A DNA stretch of 64,000 nucleotides from positions 51,646,001 to 51,710,000 of the forward strand of contig CM074514.1 in assembly GCA_037379345.1 (NCBI GenBank). The letters run 5' to 3'. The notes under the pieces are model-generated. The model was not told where the DNA came from and did not search any database. It worked only from the letters and a program-made list of their open reading frames with translations. This stretch comes from Perna viridis (taxonomy: Eukaryota). A program made the translations under genes and the position numbers. Positions 38,140-50,678 of the stretch are shown here, piece by piece; the stretch's first letter is position 1, and the number at the start of each line of letters is the position of its first letter.

Positions 38140-38328
38140 AAAGTTGTCGGCATCAGAGGCTAAGACCTTGAGAAGTTCCACACCAACAGTTTGTGTCTCT
38201 AAGATTCTTTTCCGGTAAGTTTGCCCTAAAGTCATTACAGGTTTTTGGATATTCCGGTTCACGTTAATCGTCAAAACTTTGGAATCAAATTTTCTCGGGT
38301 CACCACCATCTTGTACTCGAACTCTTAA
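38140..38328 (-). CDS. cadherin exon 28 (linker)
   Basis: LRVRVQDGGDPRK..VNRNIQKPVM..ASDADNF|gtgagt, 189 nt. Confidence 0.92.
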
Positions 38329-39204
38329 CTAGAAAAAGATAAGTGTATATCAGTAATGTCCAGGAAAATAGTCAATAAAGAGGATTGAGTGATTGATTGA
38401 TTGATTGTAGGTTAATGTACTGTAGTACAACCTTGCTAAGTCAAAGAGGAAGGGTCAAGGCCAAAATGTTGGAAGATATCTAAGGTTCGAGAAATCTGAG
38501 GCAACCTAGAAATTTATTGATGGGGGACAGTATCAGCTGTTCAAATAATTTGTTGCACTAGTAGGATACATGTACTTCACGGTGGTTTTTCCTGGTTTTT
38601 CACATATTGTATCAAAAGGTAGTTATCAGTAATGTTTTAAATGCTGAGTGACACCAAGTACTTCTGGAAAAAATCTTGTTAATTTTCTAACATTGAAAAT
38701 ATAATTCGTACATAACATATCAGTCCACGCTGCAAGTAGAAATTGATATTTTAAAGAAACCTGTCTGAACTAAACACTTTTTTAAATCCCTTCATATCAG
38801 TTTCAATGTATTTTGAACCTTAGTAAACAGAACACTTGTCTAAACCAAGTCAGTCTTCAAGTACAATAAGCAGCTTAGAGCCATTGGTCCTCTACCAATG
38901 CAAAAAAATTTGATGTGCATAAGTCCCATAATACCTGTTGTCTGCGCAATTTGATCAACTACAAAAGATGAATTACAACCCTGACAAAATCTGAACAATA
39001 TTCATCAAACGGTTTCCGAGGAGTTGCATCCACATGTAAAACTGGACAGATGGACATACAGACAGAAGCATGGACAAGCACCAGTATGTCCCTTCCTGCA
39101 TCGCAAGGGGGGGACAAAAAGGGTATAGTTTAGGTTGGTTTCACTGTATGATTTAAAACGTACTGAATTATTAATTAGCACCAGGTGGACTAAAGTATAC
39201 TTAC

Positions 39205-39336
39205 ATAGAACTGCTTATCAGCAATACTACTGACTGGAGCAATAAGGAACACAGCTCCAGAGGATGGACTGATATCAAAATAGGTTGTGGCTGAACCTTC
39301 TCCAGTTCTGTCGAACTCAATCTGATTGTAGGGGGA
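39205..39336 (-). CDS. cadherin exon 27 (core)
   Basis: SPYNQIEFDR..YFDISPSSGAVFL..KQFY|gtaagt, 132 nt. Confidence 0.92.
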
Positions 39337-39922
39337 CTGAAACAACATAATATTAAATATACAAAGGCAAAATCAATTCATATAAATTTCACTTAAACCT
39401 TCACCCATTCTGACAAACCCAAATCTGATTGTAAGGGGACTGAAAATAAATTATAAAAAATATACACAGGCAGAGTTTATGAGAAATTCATGTGAATCGG
39501 GTTATCACTAGCCTTTCATATGAATTTTACACATTCAGTTCATATTAAGTGAATTTCATATGAAAAATGACATGTTTCAAGTTGTGTGGTGCTCAGGCCA
39601 GATGAGGTTGCATATTTAATGATACTCAAGTAGAATATAATTGTTACTTAGAATTTGAAGTTTGAAGCAGACAAGGTACTGGTTTCATAAAAAATTCTCA
39701 AATTGAGATTTTCCTCCAATCCTGGAATTTTCCTTAAATCTTCAATTTTAAGCAATCTAATTTGTTGAAATTTGAGTTGAGGAAGATTTAAGGAAACACT
39801 CAATTTGAGATTTTTTATGCAACCAGCCAAAAAAATCAATTTTTCCCTTGTTCTATGGAATTTTGTGACTGGACCCCCCTTTCCCCAAACATCACCAAAA
39901 ATACATGTGATTGTCATATTAC

Positions 39923-40111
39923 CTTAGTATCATTATCCCTGCCTGTTACACGGAATATTTCTAAATTAGTGGTCTGTGAGGCACTGATGTTCACGATATT
40001 CGGCAGATTAAAGAACTCTGGTGGGAACTGGTTCCTGATGACATTCACAGTAAGGGTACCAGCAGGGCTACTCAGAGATGGAGAACCTCGGTCACGAGCA
40101 AGTAATGTCAG
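39923..40111 (-). CDS. cadherin exon 26 (linker)
   Basis: LTLLARDRGSPSL..VIRNQFPPEF..GRDNDTK|gtaata, 189 nt. Confidence 0.92.
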
Positions 40112-40363
40112 CTAAAAAAAAAACATAACAAATATTTAAAATCATGAAGCATATAAAACTTACAGTACACACTCAATATGTTAAATTTTCAGAAACTTTT
40201 TAAGAAAAGTTAGGGTCAGTCAATAATAAGCACCACAGAGATGATAATCTCCCCTAAGGGGTTTAGGATATTTACCTTACCACATACTGTTTTGCAGATT
40301 TTCTGATCAAACTTCCAACAACATATTCCCTCTCCTTAGGGGAGATCAGAACATTAACCTTAC

Positions 40364-40492
40364 CACATATTGTTTAGTAGATCCACCAATCAAACTTCCA
40401 CGTAGATATACAGCACCATTCTGATCTACAGAGAAAACTGACTGGTGTTGAGAACTTGGGTCAAACTCATAATAGACATCTCTATTTGGACT
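40364..40492 (-). CDS. cadherin exon 25 (core)
   Basis: SPNRDVYYEF..VFSVDQNGAVYL..KQYV|gtaagg, 129 nt. Confidence 0.9.
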
Positions 40493-40557
40493 CTAAAAAA
40501 GTAAAACCGAATGTAATTTATGTTACACCATCAACATCATTCAATCAAAATAGAATC

Positions 40558-40753
40558 ATACAGAACAATCACATGTGGCATCTCAATAACCATGGCTTAT
40601 AGAACAATCACATGTGGCATCTCAATAACCATGGCTGATAGAACAATCACATGTGGCATCTCAATAACCATGGCTGATAGAACAATCACATGTGGCATCT
40701 CAATAACCATGGCTGATAAAATAATCACATGTGGCATCTCAATAACCATGGCT
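40558..40753. repeat. 39-bp tandem repeat x5
   Basis: agaacaatcacatgtggcatctcaataaccatggctgat. Confidence 0.95.
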
Positions 40754-41470
40754 TCTGTGTTAATATAAATTTCAAATAGAAAGTTTTCCATTTAAATGTA
40801 AGATGTAATGAAGAAACAACAATTTAAAACTCCATGAAATTTTGACAAACCAAAGAGAATTGATACACAGTAGTTATACAACTATATGTAATTATTCTGT
40901 TTAATTCTATATTAAGTTGATTATTTTATTTCAGTTGTTTGTTTACAATAGATCCCATTGACATTAGATGAGGAAACAGGAAAAATTTAGACAGATGTCC
41001 AGCATTTCAGCTTTGCAGCAATATCATCAAGAGATTAAGAGATTGATTGTGACACAATTTTTATTAGGGAAAATGCAATTGACTTGAACTTCCAAAAGAT
41101 TGAGACTCCCCTTATTCAATGTTTAACACTTTTGCTCCTGAGGTTTTTTTCACAATCAATAAACTTCAATAAATCATGATTTTTAGGCTAAATTTTAATA
41201 AGAATGAGAAAAAAAAAAGAGCAATAATTAACGCATGCAATAATTCTTTCTTTACATTAGTTAGTACCACAACAGTGTACTAAATAAAAAAATTTCAAGA
41301 GAGCAATGCTCTTTTCAAATATATTTAAGCTATGTAGATGGTAGATCTAGTAAGTAAGTAACTGATTGGCAGATTGATTTATTAAAGAGTTGAAGGACAA
41401 CAGTGTATGGCAGATATTGTGTGCATCTCAGGGTGAGAATATTGACATAAAAATAACTTTATCAACTTAC

Positions 41471-41668
41471 TCTATCATCTGCATCAGTAGCCACTACAAC
41501 TTTAACTGGACGGGTTACATCATGGGTTTCAAATATTTCTTCCACATAGTTGTTTGGTGAATCAGTGTTAGACCAAACAGGGGAGTTCAGATTACGGTTC
41601 ACTGTCACCCGGATTACCCGATTCTTACTGCATGATGGGGTACCTTGGTCTTTAGCTTGGATTCGAAG
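41471..41668 (-). CDS. cadherin exon 24 (linker)
   Basis: LRIQAKDQGTPSCS..VNRNLNSPVW..ATDADDR|gtaagt, 198 nt. Confidence 0.92.
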
Positions 41669-42040
41669 CTGAAAATATAAGAAGTTACGGCAAGTTTGCA
41701 TATTGCACATTGTATCTTAATATGTTGTCTAAACTTCCAGGTTAAAAAATATCAATCTTATTAAAATACAGCAATTTTTTTGTATTCTGTACACATGTTT
41801 CAAGGAGGAACCTCTGATCAGCAGCAAAAAAAAAACACAAATACTTAGGAAGTTCAGTATCCAAAAAATATATTATTTACAAGAAGTACTCAACCCTAAA
41901 AATATTGAAATAGGAAGGCAAAACTAGCACCAGTAAGTTTTACCAAAGTAATGGAGCTACTATGTTGAACACAAGTATTTAATATAATTTTTTTGTAAAC
42001 ACAGTTTGCTATAGTTTTACTATCAAGTAAAGTTACAAAC

Positions 42041-42175
42041 CTGATATACTTGGTCATTGTCTGAGAATAATGCTGGTCGTGTAGACACTGCCCCTGTATT
42101 GACATTAATGGTAAAAAATGTTGCAGCTACATCATCTCCTATAATTTCGTAGGACAAAGTGCTGAAAAGTGTGCC
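42041..42175 (-). CDS. cadherin exon 23 (core)
   Basis: aag|GTLFSTLSYEIIGDD..FFTINVNTGAV..QVYQ|gtttgt, 135 nt. Confidence 0.85.
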
Positions 42176-42644
42176 CTTTAAAATAAAAGAGATGAATCTT
42201 AATACACCACTGGCAACCACTGTTCATGTCAAGCTCATCTCCATATATGTCCAGTTTTTATTAGTTTCTCTTACAAAAAATCCACATATGATTTTATTTT
42301 ACTTGAATGTTAAGTAAATTACATGAAGCCTTTGGGACTATCATATTTAAAGATCTAACATTGCAAAAAAATCAAAAGAATCAGTAATAATAAAAGAGAT
42401 GCAGACAACATTATATCGGACAGACAGACAGACTGGAACCTATATACTTCAAAACCATTGTTTGCAGGTGTCTCTGACCTATACATAGACATTGTTTTAA
42501 AGAGCCAATAAAAACAGGGGAAATTGTCAAAATCAGAAGTATGGTAAAAAAAGAACCGTAGCGGTAAATTCAGGATTTGTAAAAGTAGAATTCCACTTTA
42601 AAGCAAAAGAAAATCATGTCTGTATATAATAATGAATAACTTAC

Positions 42645-42839
42645 TGCAGCATCTGCATCAGTAGCCTGAATAGTGGCAAATGATGATGTAGTTTGAGTCT
42701 GGTTAATCGTGTATTTAGACGGTATGGTCTGATCAAACATGGGACAATTGGTATTACGGTTGACATTGATTTTCACGTTAGCTAGAGTTGGACTTGATCT
42801 ACTGGTTGGTGTCCCATTGTCACTAATTCTGACAGTCAT
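42645..42839 (-). CDS. cadherin exon 22 (linker)
   Basis: MTVRISDNGTPTS..VNRNTNCPMF..ATDADAA|gtaagt, 195 nt. Confidence 0.92.
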
Positions 42840-43497
42840 CTGAAAAAAGAGGAATTATTATTCTTCTTGACAAGATAAGTCATTAGGTGCATGTTACTCA
42901 GAATAAAGTGGAAACCTGTCAATATAAATTTCAAAATTGATGGAAAACTGGTCGAAAATGAACACTGAATATGTCAAAACTTGTGTTAACCAACCCAATC
43001 ATTAATTAAGGATGTTCACTGGTTTTGTTCAGCCATTTTGTCAGAATTTCAGACTCCTCTGGATTTATCCATTTCACAGCATTATATTTTTTGCCTAGTG
43101 ATCCCCAATTTTCTTTTCATAATTTCATGATAAACACCTTAAAATTTTATTTAAGAAGTTTCGATGAAATCATTATTTCTTTAGTGGTTCTGATAAATAA
43201 AAACTGCTTCAACAAAACCTTTGACAAGTCTAAAGAAATCCTTTTTCATCAAAATTTCAAAGACTTATATCTCAAAAACAAGCACACTGACCCACCATTT
43301 TTTTTTTTCATATTGTTCAATCATGACTGATCTTAAAAGATTTTACAACCCAATGTAACCCTTGTTATTCTTAAATAGACCATAGAACATCCTTAACCCT
43401 TAACCCTTAATCCTCAACTCTTAACCTATAATCTGTCTTAACTCAACTATATGTGAATTTTAGGCAAAACCTGTCAAACATAAATTTTAAATAACTT

Positions 43498-43683
43498 AGA
43501 CCTGTGTTAACCAACTATTTGCCTAACATAAAAAACTTGTCTCTATAGAGCTCTGACTGAGACCTGTGTTAACCAACTATTTGCCTAACATAAAAAACTT
43601 GTCTCTATAGAGCTCTGACTGAGACCTGTGTTAACCAACTATTTGCCTAACATAAAAAACTTGTCTCTATACAGCTCTGACTG
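43498..43683. repeat. 62-bp tandem repeat x3
   Basis: gacctgtgttaaccaactatttgcctaacataaaaaacttgtctctatagagctctgactga. Confidence 0.95.
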
Positions 43684-43894
43684 TTTTAACTAGTGGAGAA
43701 GTTCAGGGAAACATTTATTAGATAACAACATCAAGCTTATAACACATAAAACCTTAAAACAAAAGAGCATCACGCCTTAAACGCACTACAGTTAAAAATC
43801 AGACTGACGGACAGATAGACAAAGACCTATATACTCCTATGGAACTATAAAGGGGCATAGGGTGACAAAATAAAAAATGATTTGGGGTACTTAC

Positions 43895-44032
43895 CATATA
43901 AGGGTTGGTGTCCAGGCCATCTTCGATGAGTGAGCGTTTAGCTACGATTTCTCCATTGGAGTTAACTGTGAAGTAAGATAGTCCAACATAGTTAGCTGGA
44001 CCTAGTGTGTATGTTATCTGTTTATGAGGACT
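43895..44032 (-). CDS. cadherin exon 21 (core)
   Basis: SPHKQITYTL..YFTVNSNGEIV..NPYM|gtaagt, 138 nt. Confidence 0.92.
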
Positions 44033-44360
44033 CTGTAGAAAAAATGATACAATTGCATAAATTACAAGTATTATCAAGAACTATTTCCCGTAAGAATCTG
44101 GCAGAGTATGACACATGTAAATGTCAAAATTCACAATAAGTACTGTCACAACTAAAGAATCCATATAACATTTGTCCTTAAGGTTCAATAATCTCAAAAT
44201 CAAGTTCAGTGACCTATGTTTTTTACATTAAAATTCTAAAATATGTTCTGTCAGGGTCATCTTTGACAAAAACTAAGAAAATTTATCTTCTAGATAAATA
44301 TATACGTATGATCTACCTTAAATGCATTTATTCATCTTCCCTTTGTTTACATATACTTAC

Positions 44361-44546
44361 CTTGGTATCATTATCCCTGGCTAAAATCCTCTCTATAGGT
44401 GTATCAATAGCTATAATCTCATCTATTGTCTTCTCGTAACTCTGGACAATAAATTCTGGGGCGTAAAGATTCCTGGATACATCAACAGATAAAGTAGAAG
44501 TAGAGGAAAGTTTTGGTGTACCACCATCAGTTACAGCAATTCTTAA
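44361..44546 (-). CDS. cadherin exon 20 (linker)
   Basis: LRIAVTDGGTPKL..VSRNLYAPEF..ARDNDTK|gtaagt, 186 nt. Confidence 0.92.
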
Positions 44547-44815
44547 CTAGAAAAAACAAAACAAATTTAACTACCTACATATTGGGAAGTTTGTAAACTG
44601 GCTTTTAAAGAAAACTGCATTAACTGTTGACAATGTTTTTTACCATATTTAAACAATAGAGTTGAGCAATTTGTCACTTCAAGCATTTCAAGTCCCAATT
44701 ACTGCAAATAGATTAATTTCCATGGTGCTATTATTCACTGATTCTTTCAAGTGAACATAATATTCATGGATATCAATTTTTGCAGTTCTAAAATGAATAA
44801 GCATTTCAGTGTTAA

Positions 44816-45616
44816 CCCTTGTCGTGCTGCCCATTTCTTAACGAAAGTGTAGATTTCGATATTTTACAAACTTATGCAAATTATATGCAAAGTAGTTGCA
44901 CAATGGTACTGATGCTGATTGCTATATATATATAAATTAAAGATGGGTGATCATGGGGTTGGGTGAATGGGGTGAGGAGGTGGTGGGAGAGTGGATGGCC
45001 CAACATGTGAAAATAGGTCTGTCACTCCAAAATGGTCATTTTTGTCCATTTCTGGTCATTATGTCTACCTGTGGGGTTCAACAGGAACAAATCAGAAACC
45101 AAATCACATTCATCCTACAGCCTGCAGACTATGAAGGCTATTGAAGCCACATAAAGTGTGCTACAGTCACGAGTGGGCAGTCAGGAGCCACCTGAAGGGT
45201 CATTCGCGTGAAAAAATGAGGATTTTATCCAATTTTTGGCCTCTATTTGTCTTTAAACCGGAAGTAGTCAATACAAGGGGTTGACATCGAAATGGTGGTT
45301 ACAGAAATCATTCTTATTTAATTTCCTGGCAAAAAAGAGTACTACAAATTAATTCTGCTCTAGCAAGGGTCTGAGAAATGAACCCTACCCCCCAAAAATT
45401 TTTTTTTTACAGCGGAAACTCGTGACCTCTTCTTTTAGCTTTCAAGTTATTGTTTACTAACAAACTCTATATCAGATAGCCTTATTTTAAAGCACAGTCA
45501 TGCTGCTTGCAGATGGACACAAATCGCCCTTTCCTAAACTCAGATTTACACTGCTAGAACCGATAAAGCGGAATATGGTCCAATCCCGAACAGGTCTGGG
45601 TGTAGCACAACAAGGG
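44816..45616. mobile_element. Non-autonomous piggyBac-type element (801 bp)
   Basis: TTAA|CCCTTGTCGTGCT..AGCACAACAAGGG|TTAA: 13-bp TIR with 1 mismatch and intact TTAA TSD; no transposase ORF. Confidence 0.85.
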
Positions 45617-45750
45617 TTAAAAATCAATTTTGTAGGGACATTTATCAGATTCTCATATGTTGATTTTGGCTGGAAAACAAATGATAATCATATGGCAATA
45701 ATGCCATTATCAAAATGTAAACAACACAATAATCAACTATTTACAAGTTC

Positions 45751-45972
45751 ATATAAAATCGTTCATGGTGTGATATCTAGCCATCCAAGAAATATATAAA
45801 ATCGTTCATGGTGTGATATCTAGCCATCCAAGAAATATATAAAATCGTTCATGGTGTGATATCTAGCCATCCAAGAAATATATAAAATCGTTCATGGTGT
45901 GATATCTAGCCATCCAAGAAATATATAAAATCGTTCATGGTGTGATATCTAGCCATCCAAGAAATATATAAA
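45751..45972. repeat. 43-bp perfect tandem repeat x5
   Basis: atataaaatcgttcatggtgtgatatctagccatccaagaaat. Confidence 0.95.
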
Positions 45973-46034
45973 ACTACCAAATGAAAGAGAATAATATGTA
46001 AACTGAAACACACAGTTATCACAAAATGCTCATT

Positions 46035-46245
46035 TGGACACTCACCCTACCAGTGAACCTGGTCCATGCTCCCAGTTTTCAGTGGAGTCCAAGTTGCTCA
46101 TTTGCTTTTGTTACTTTGTATGTATGATTTTAGTTCCTCTATGTTCTTTGTTGTGTATGTCTGTTTTCCATGTCTGGTCTTTGTCCCTGGATTACATTCT
46201 TTTGATTACCGCTAGAATCTTGATTCCTTTGATTACTATTTCATA
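46035..46245. repeat. Interspersed repeat fragment (second copy ~55357-55495)
   Basis: Shared cttttgttactttgtat..gttgtgtatgtctgttttccatgtctggt..tgtccctggatta..agaatcttg. Confidence 0.7.
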
Positions 46246-46660
46246 TGATTCATATGTCTGGCACTTTTGACTGTGCATTATATATGTAATATCTGCCCAT
46301 CCCTCACACTATTGGCTTATTTTAATACATTACAATATACCAACCCAGAAAAGATTTAAAGTGAAATCCAGTCAGAAAGTTTGACTTATCACAGAATACA
46401 TAAAGTGACACAACAATGTTTAGAACAACTATTTTTATCATGTTTTTGTGAGTAAGATGTATGACAGGTAAGTCTATTCCACCCAACTTCTAAATCTGTG
46501 ATGACTTCACAATACCAGCAAAAAAAGCTGAAAATGGCAAAAGTGGAAGAAAATATACCGTACAAAAAATATAATAGCAAAATCAGGTTTAAAAAAAAGC
46601 AGATTCCATTAAATAACAGATGAAAATCATCCCTGAAATTAGCTGTAGAGTTACACATAC

Positions 46661-46789
46661 CTTGTAAGAGTTCAATTGGTCAGGGAGAAGACTCTGTTTC
46701 AGCTTGACCTCACCAGTACTACTTATTTCGAAATAATTAGGTCCTGTATCGTCACCAATGACACTGAATGTAAAGTTTTTAAATGGACT
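46661..46789 (-). CDS. cadherin exon 19 (core)
   Basis: SPFKNFTFSVIGDDTGPNYFEISSTGEV..NSYK|gtatgt, 129 nt. Confidence 0.92.
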
Positions 46790-47294
46790 CTGAAACAAAA
46801 CATGAAATTAAATTCCTAGCTGTTCTCTCTTTAGTTTTGTAAGTGTAATAATAAAGAACTTAATTAAAATGTTCCTCCAATGTATTTTTCTTACATGAAT
46901 TTTTTTACTTCAAAAAAAAGCATGCCTACCTTTTTTATTTTATAAGTGCTATATTATAGAATAAGTTCATCAAATAGTATGACATCTCGTAGAAATGCAA
47001 TTACTAATTCAATATCAACCTTCTGTGGTTTGGTAGCCGGATGCAAAATTTTATTAAAATCAACCTACTAGTATTCAAGTTATCACATGAATACTTAGTG
47101 CCCATTGACACGATCACAAACACAGACACCAACAGCACCATATCATAATCAACAATTCTTTTTTTAAGTACAAAATAAAAGAACGTTAATGAAAATGTTC
47201 CTCAAAAATTTGTTTGTCCTTACATAAAAGAACAAAATGCTCCATGTAATGGTCCAACATCTCATAAAAAAGCAAATACAAAAAGATGGCATAC

Positions 47295-47480
47295 CTCAGT
47301 GTCTTTGTCTTCAGCCTTGACATCAAAAACATTAAGTCCAACTTGCAAGTCTTCATTTACTGAAGTTTTAAATGGTAGATTGATGAACTCTGGAGTGAAC
47401 AAGTTACGGTCGACATCGATTGTAACTTGGATGGTTGTGCTCTTGACAGGAGTACCTCTGTCCTGGGCTGTTACTGTCAT
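47295..47480 (-). CDS. cadherin exon 18 (linker)
   Basis: MTVTAQDRGTPVK..VDRNLFTPEF..AEDKDTE|gtatgc, 186 nt. Confidence 0.92.
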
Positions 47481-48768
47481 CTAAAATCAAAACTAAATGC
47501 TAAGAAAGTACTTATATTGATGGGTGCTAATATTCATGGTTAAGGCACAAGTTCCAAGATTCTTCAATTTGTTGTTTTGATTGTCCTGTCATACAATTTA
47601 AAGTAAATAATCCATTTTGTTGGCATTGCGATTTTGTGGTTTACCTTACCCACAAAATTCACAAGAATTGTTACTCCACTTTCACAGTAATTATAAAGTC
47701 AGTCATCCTTACTGTATCTGAACTTTTCCTTAAATGAACATAAATCGAAACCATTCCAAGCAAGTTGTTTAAAATGTATAAACCTTTTTTTTTTTTAAAA
47801 AAAAAAAACATTAGTTTTATTTTCATGAAGAAATTCTCTACAAATTTAATTGGAGAACTTTTCATTTTCAATCAAGTTTTACACTACACTTCAGAAAGAC
47901 GATTTCAAAATTTGCATGGTTTAAGATTTCAAAGTTTTCTTTTTGAACACTTTTAATAATATGTACATCAATTATTTCCCCACATCAATGGAGCCTACAA
48001 GGTTTCAGTCTGAGGCATGCAGCTACAATTGTAATCGTTCATCAATCACTAATATGTGTCTGATCAGTCATTGATCCATCAAACCAATTCATTATATCAG
48101 TGATCACTTTCCTTTCACATCATGTGACCAATAATAGGTTTATATATTTTATGGATTGGTTCATTTCCGTTTTCTATTTTTTAACACTAAGTATGTAAAT
48201 TCTGACATTTATTAATTTACTAGTCTATTAACTATTTTTTATGAAATACAAAATGTTGATATACCTTTTTAAGCTCAAAGCAAATTCAATATGCCACTTT
48301 ATTTGTTCTGATCAAAATTCTGAAATTTACATGAACCAATTATCTATTATCATTACATAACAAAACCGAGATCAGATTGGTCAGTGATCATTCAATCATC
48401 GGCCATCGATCTGTCAAGTAGTTGCGAGTATCGGTTCAGGGACTGCACCAACGATTCTAAATCTGTTTTCTTTACAATGTCCCTAAGGAACTTCTTGACC
48501 GAGAATACAACCCTAAAGTCAACCAAATGTCTCTTTATGATGCCTACATTTCATATTAATTTCATCAAGTTCCATAGTTTTAATTGATGAAACAATGTTG
48601 TTTGCGAGGGTATAATTCAGACTTAAAATCAGGTCTTTGGTCCATTAAACAGTACCTAAATTTACTAGCTTTGCACAAAGTCCTCAATAATATTGCTGTA
48701 GAAGTTTGTATAAATTGATCATCTCTATACACAGAGTTTTAAGTGACAATGCCTTTAAAATCTTTTAC

Positions 48769-48906
48769 CTCAAATCTGTTAGCTCTACAGGGAGTATTTA
48801 GTAAGGATCTCCTGAGGTACAGGTCTCCAGTAATCTCATTCATCATGAAGCATTCTTTGTCTTCTGGTCCTGTTGTTAGGTCATATCTTACTTCATTGTG
48901 AGGAGC
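48769..48906 (-). CDS. cadherin exon 17 (core)
   Basis: APHNEVRYDL..KECFMMNEITGDLYL..TPCRANRFE|gtaaaa, 138 nt. Confidence 0.9.
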
Positions 48907-49220
48907 CTACAATGAAAGAGTAGCATATTAACAGGAAACCAAAACCTAAACAATTTAGGTATTAAAATATCTAGAGGGTAAGAATAATGGTAAAGATGAA
49001 CAAAACTTCACTGGCCAAAAAATAGGCATAGTTGGGGTGGTGTTGGGATAAAATAAAGCAGTAATTACAATATTCAACATTTATTAGTTATGAAACCTTT
49101 TTTCACTACAACACCTTCAGGATATTTGAATGCTTGTCCTTTGGCATCCTGTCAAATAGGAATAGTCTGTCTGTGATATCAGGATAACATTATTAGAAAC
49201 ACCATAACATTACTTTCAAT

Positions 49221-49277
49221 CGTCTGAATATAGCTGAAATATTGCTGCTCGGACAATAAACCCCAACAAAACAAACA
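49221..49277 (+). mobile_element. ~57-bp SINE/LINE 3'-tail insertion with 15-bp TSD
   Basis: Same sequence as 36087; flanks aacattactttcaat / aacattagtttcaat. Confidence 0.75.
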
Positions 49278-49765
49278 AACATTAGTTTCAATGAATCATA
49301 TTTTATAGACAGTGAAACACAACCACACTCGTCTCAACCAAATTCAACCGGTATATTTCAATAATTAACCTGGTCCAAAATGTCACATGGTTGAATATCA
49401 TACATGTTTGTCCTAAGTTACGGTTTCTTAAAGAAGAATTAGTGTGGAAAGAGATTTCAGTGGACAATTAATTCCTAACTGAACACTCGAAAGTGAACCT
49501 ATTTCACCCCATGTCAAAATCATTCAGGATTTTTTAAGATGTCATCTTTTTACTTTTAAGATATATGCCACCATCCTATAAATTAGACTGCCACATTTAA
49601 AATTATAAAAAATAAAGTTTTTCTTTTCCCTTTTGATTAATAAAAAAAAAACAGGAATACTGACATATATTTTTTAATCAAAGGGAGGTAACTCACTGAG
49701 TTCCACAAAAAAAACGGAAGAACAAGCATAAGTACAGAAGAGCACCATCTAAACCACAGACTTAC

Positions 49766-49951
49766 CAATGGATCATCATCCACAGCATAGGTTCTTAATA
49801 TGATGTCTCCAAGGTCAAAGGTCTCCAAGATCCGTTTATAATAGCTTGTGGAATTGAAAACAGGTGATTTGAAATTTCTAGTAACTGTAACCTTGGCAAC
49901 TGTTGTGTTTACTTTACTGGGTGTTCCAAGGTCATAAGCCTCAATGCGTAC
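49766..49951 (-). CDS. cadherin exon 16 (linker)
   Basis: VRIEAYDLGTPSK..VTRNFKSPVF..AVDDDPL|gtaagt, 186 nt. Confidence 0.92.
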
Positions 49952-50095
49952 CTGAAATTAATATTAAAGGGAAAAGCTTGTAAAAATATTGAAAAACATA
50001 ACAAGAAGTTTAACAATTCAAATGTAACTTAAATTTGGCAGCATTTTACCATTTGAACCAATTCTTCTACCTAATGTTACTCTAAGTTTTCAAGT

Positions 50096-50287
50096 TACTG
50101 TGAAAGTACCAGTTTTTGTGGATTTGGGAAGATACACAAGTTCACGGATTCTTGAAATCATGTCTTTAGGTTTTCAGTATACACATCAATGGAATCTCCT
50201 TTTCATTGGGAACCAAATTTCGTGGTCTGGCTCAACCAAGAAAACAACAAAAATTGGTATCCCACGAAGAATAGTACTTTCACAGTA
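50096..50287. mobile_element. Tc1/mariner-like MITE
   Basis: tactgtgaaagtac / gtactttcacagta TIRs. Confidence 0.75.
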
Positions 50288-50546
50288 GATGATACCAACA
50301 CTAGATTCATTAGCAATATCTATATCTACATTAAATTCGATCTGCAATGTTTACACTATATGCATATTTTGCGATATCAATATAATCAAAAGTCAACCAG
50401 AGCAATATATACATACTAAATCACTCTTAAACTAAAAATTACTTTCTGTCTGAGCAATATGATCTTCACAAAATTCACTCTTCAACACTGTCAATAAATT
50501 CCATCAGTGTGATATTTACATTAAATCCTCTCTATACAATACCTAC

Positions 50547-50678
50547 ACTAAATTCACTCTGTGATGATCCCTGGAGCTGGTTCCTTAGCCGGACATTACC
50601 GTTATTATCAATGGAGAAATAGTTAGGAGCTGACTCATCACCAATAATCCTGTATCTCACTGTACCAAACTCATGCTT
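50547..50678 (-). CDS. cadherin exon 15 (core)
   Basis: KHEFGTVRYRIIGDESAPNYFSIDNNGNV..SEFS|gtaggt, 132 nt. Confidence 0.88.

Noticed and set aside
40520-40791. ORFs on both strands with 13-aa repeats
   Set aside because: Translation of a 39-bp tandem repeat; no splice context.
43390-43445. (cttaacc)n telomere-like run
   Set aside because: Only a few degenerate 7-bp units, not a TTAGGG array.
44947-45799. Plus-strand ORFs in and around the piggyBac-type element
   Set aside because: Short, no DDD transposase motifs, and one crosses the TIR.
50410-50560. Possible twelfth junction-spanning repeat at the exon 15 donor
   Set aside because: aaattcactct-like motifs recur but are too degenerate to support by eye.
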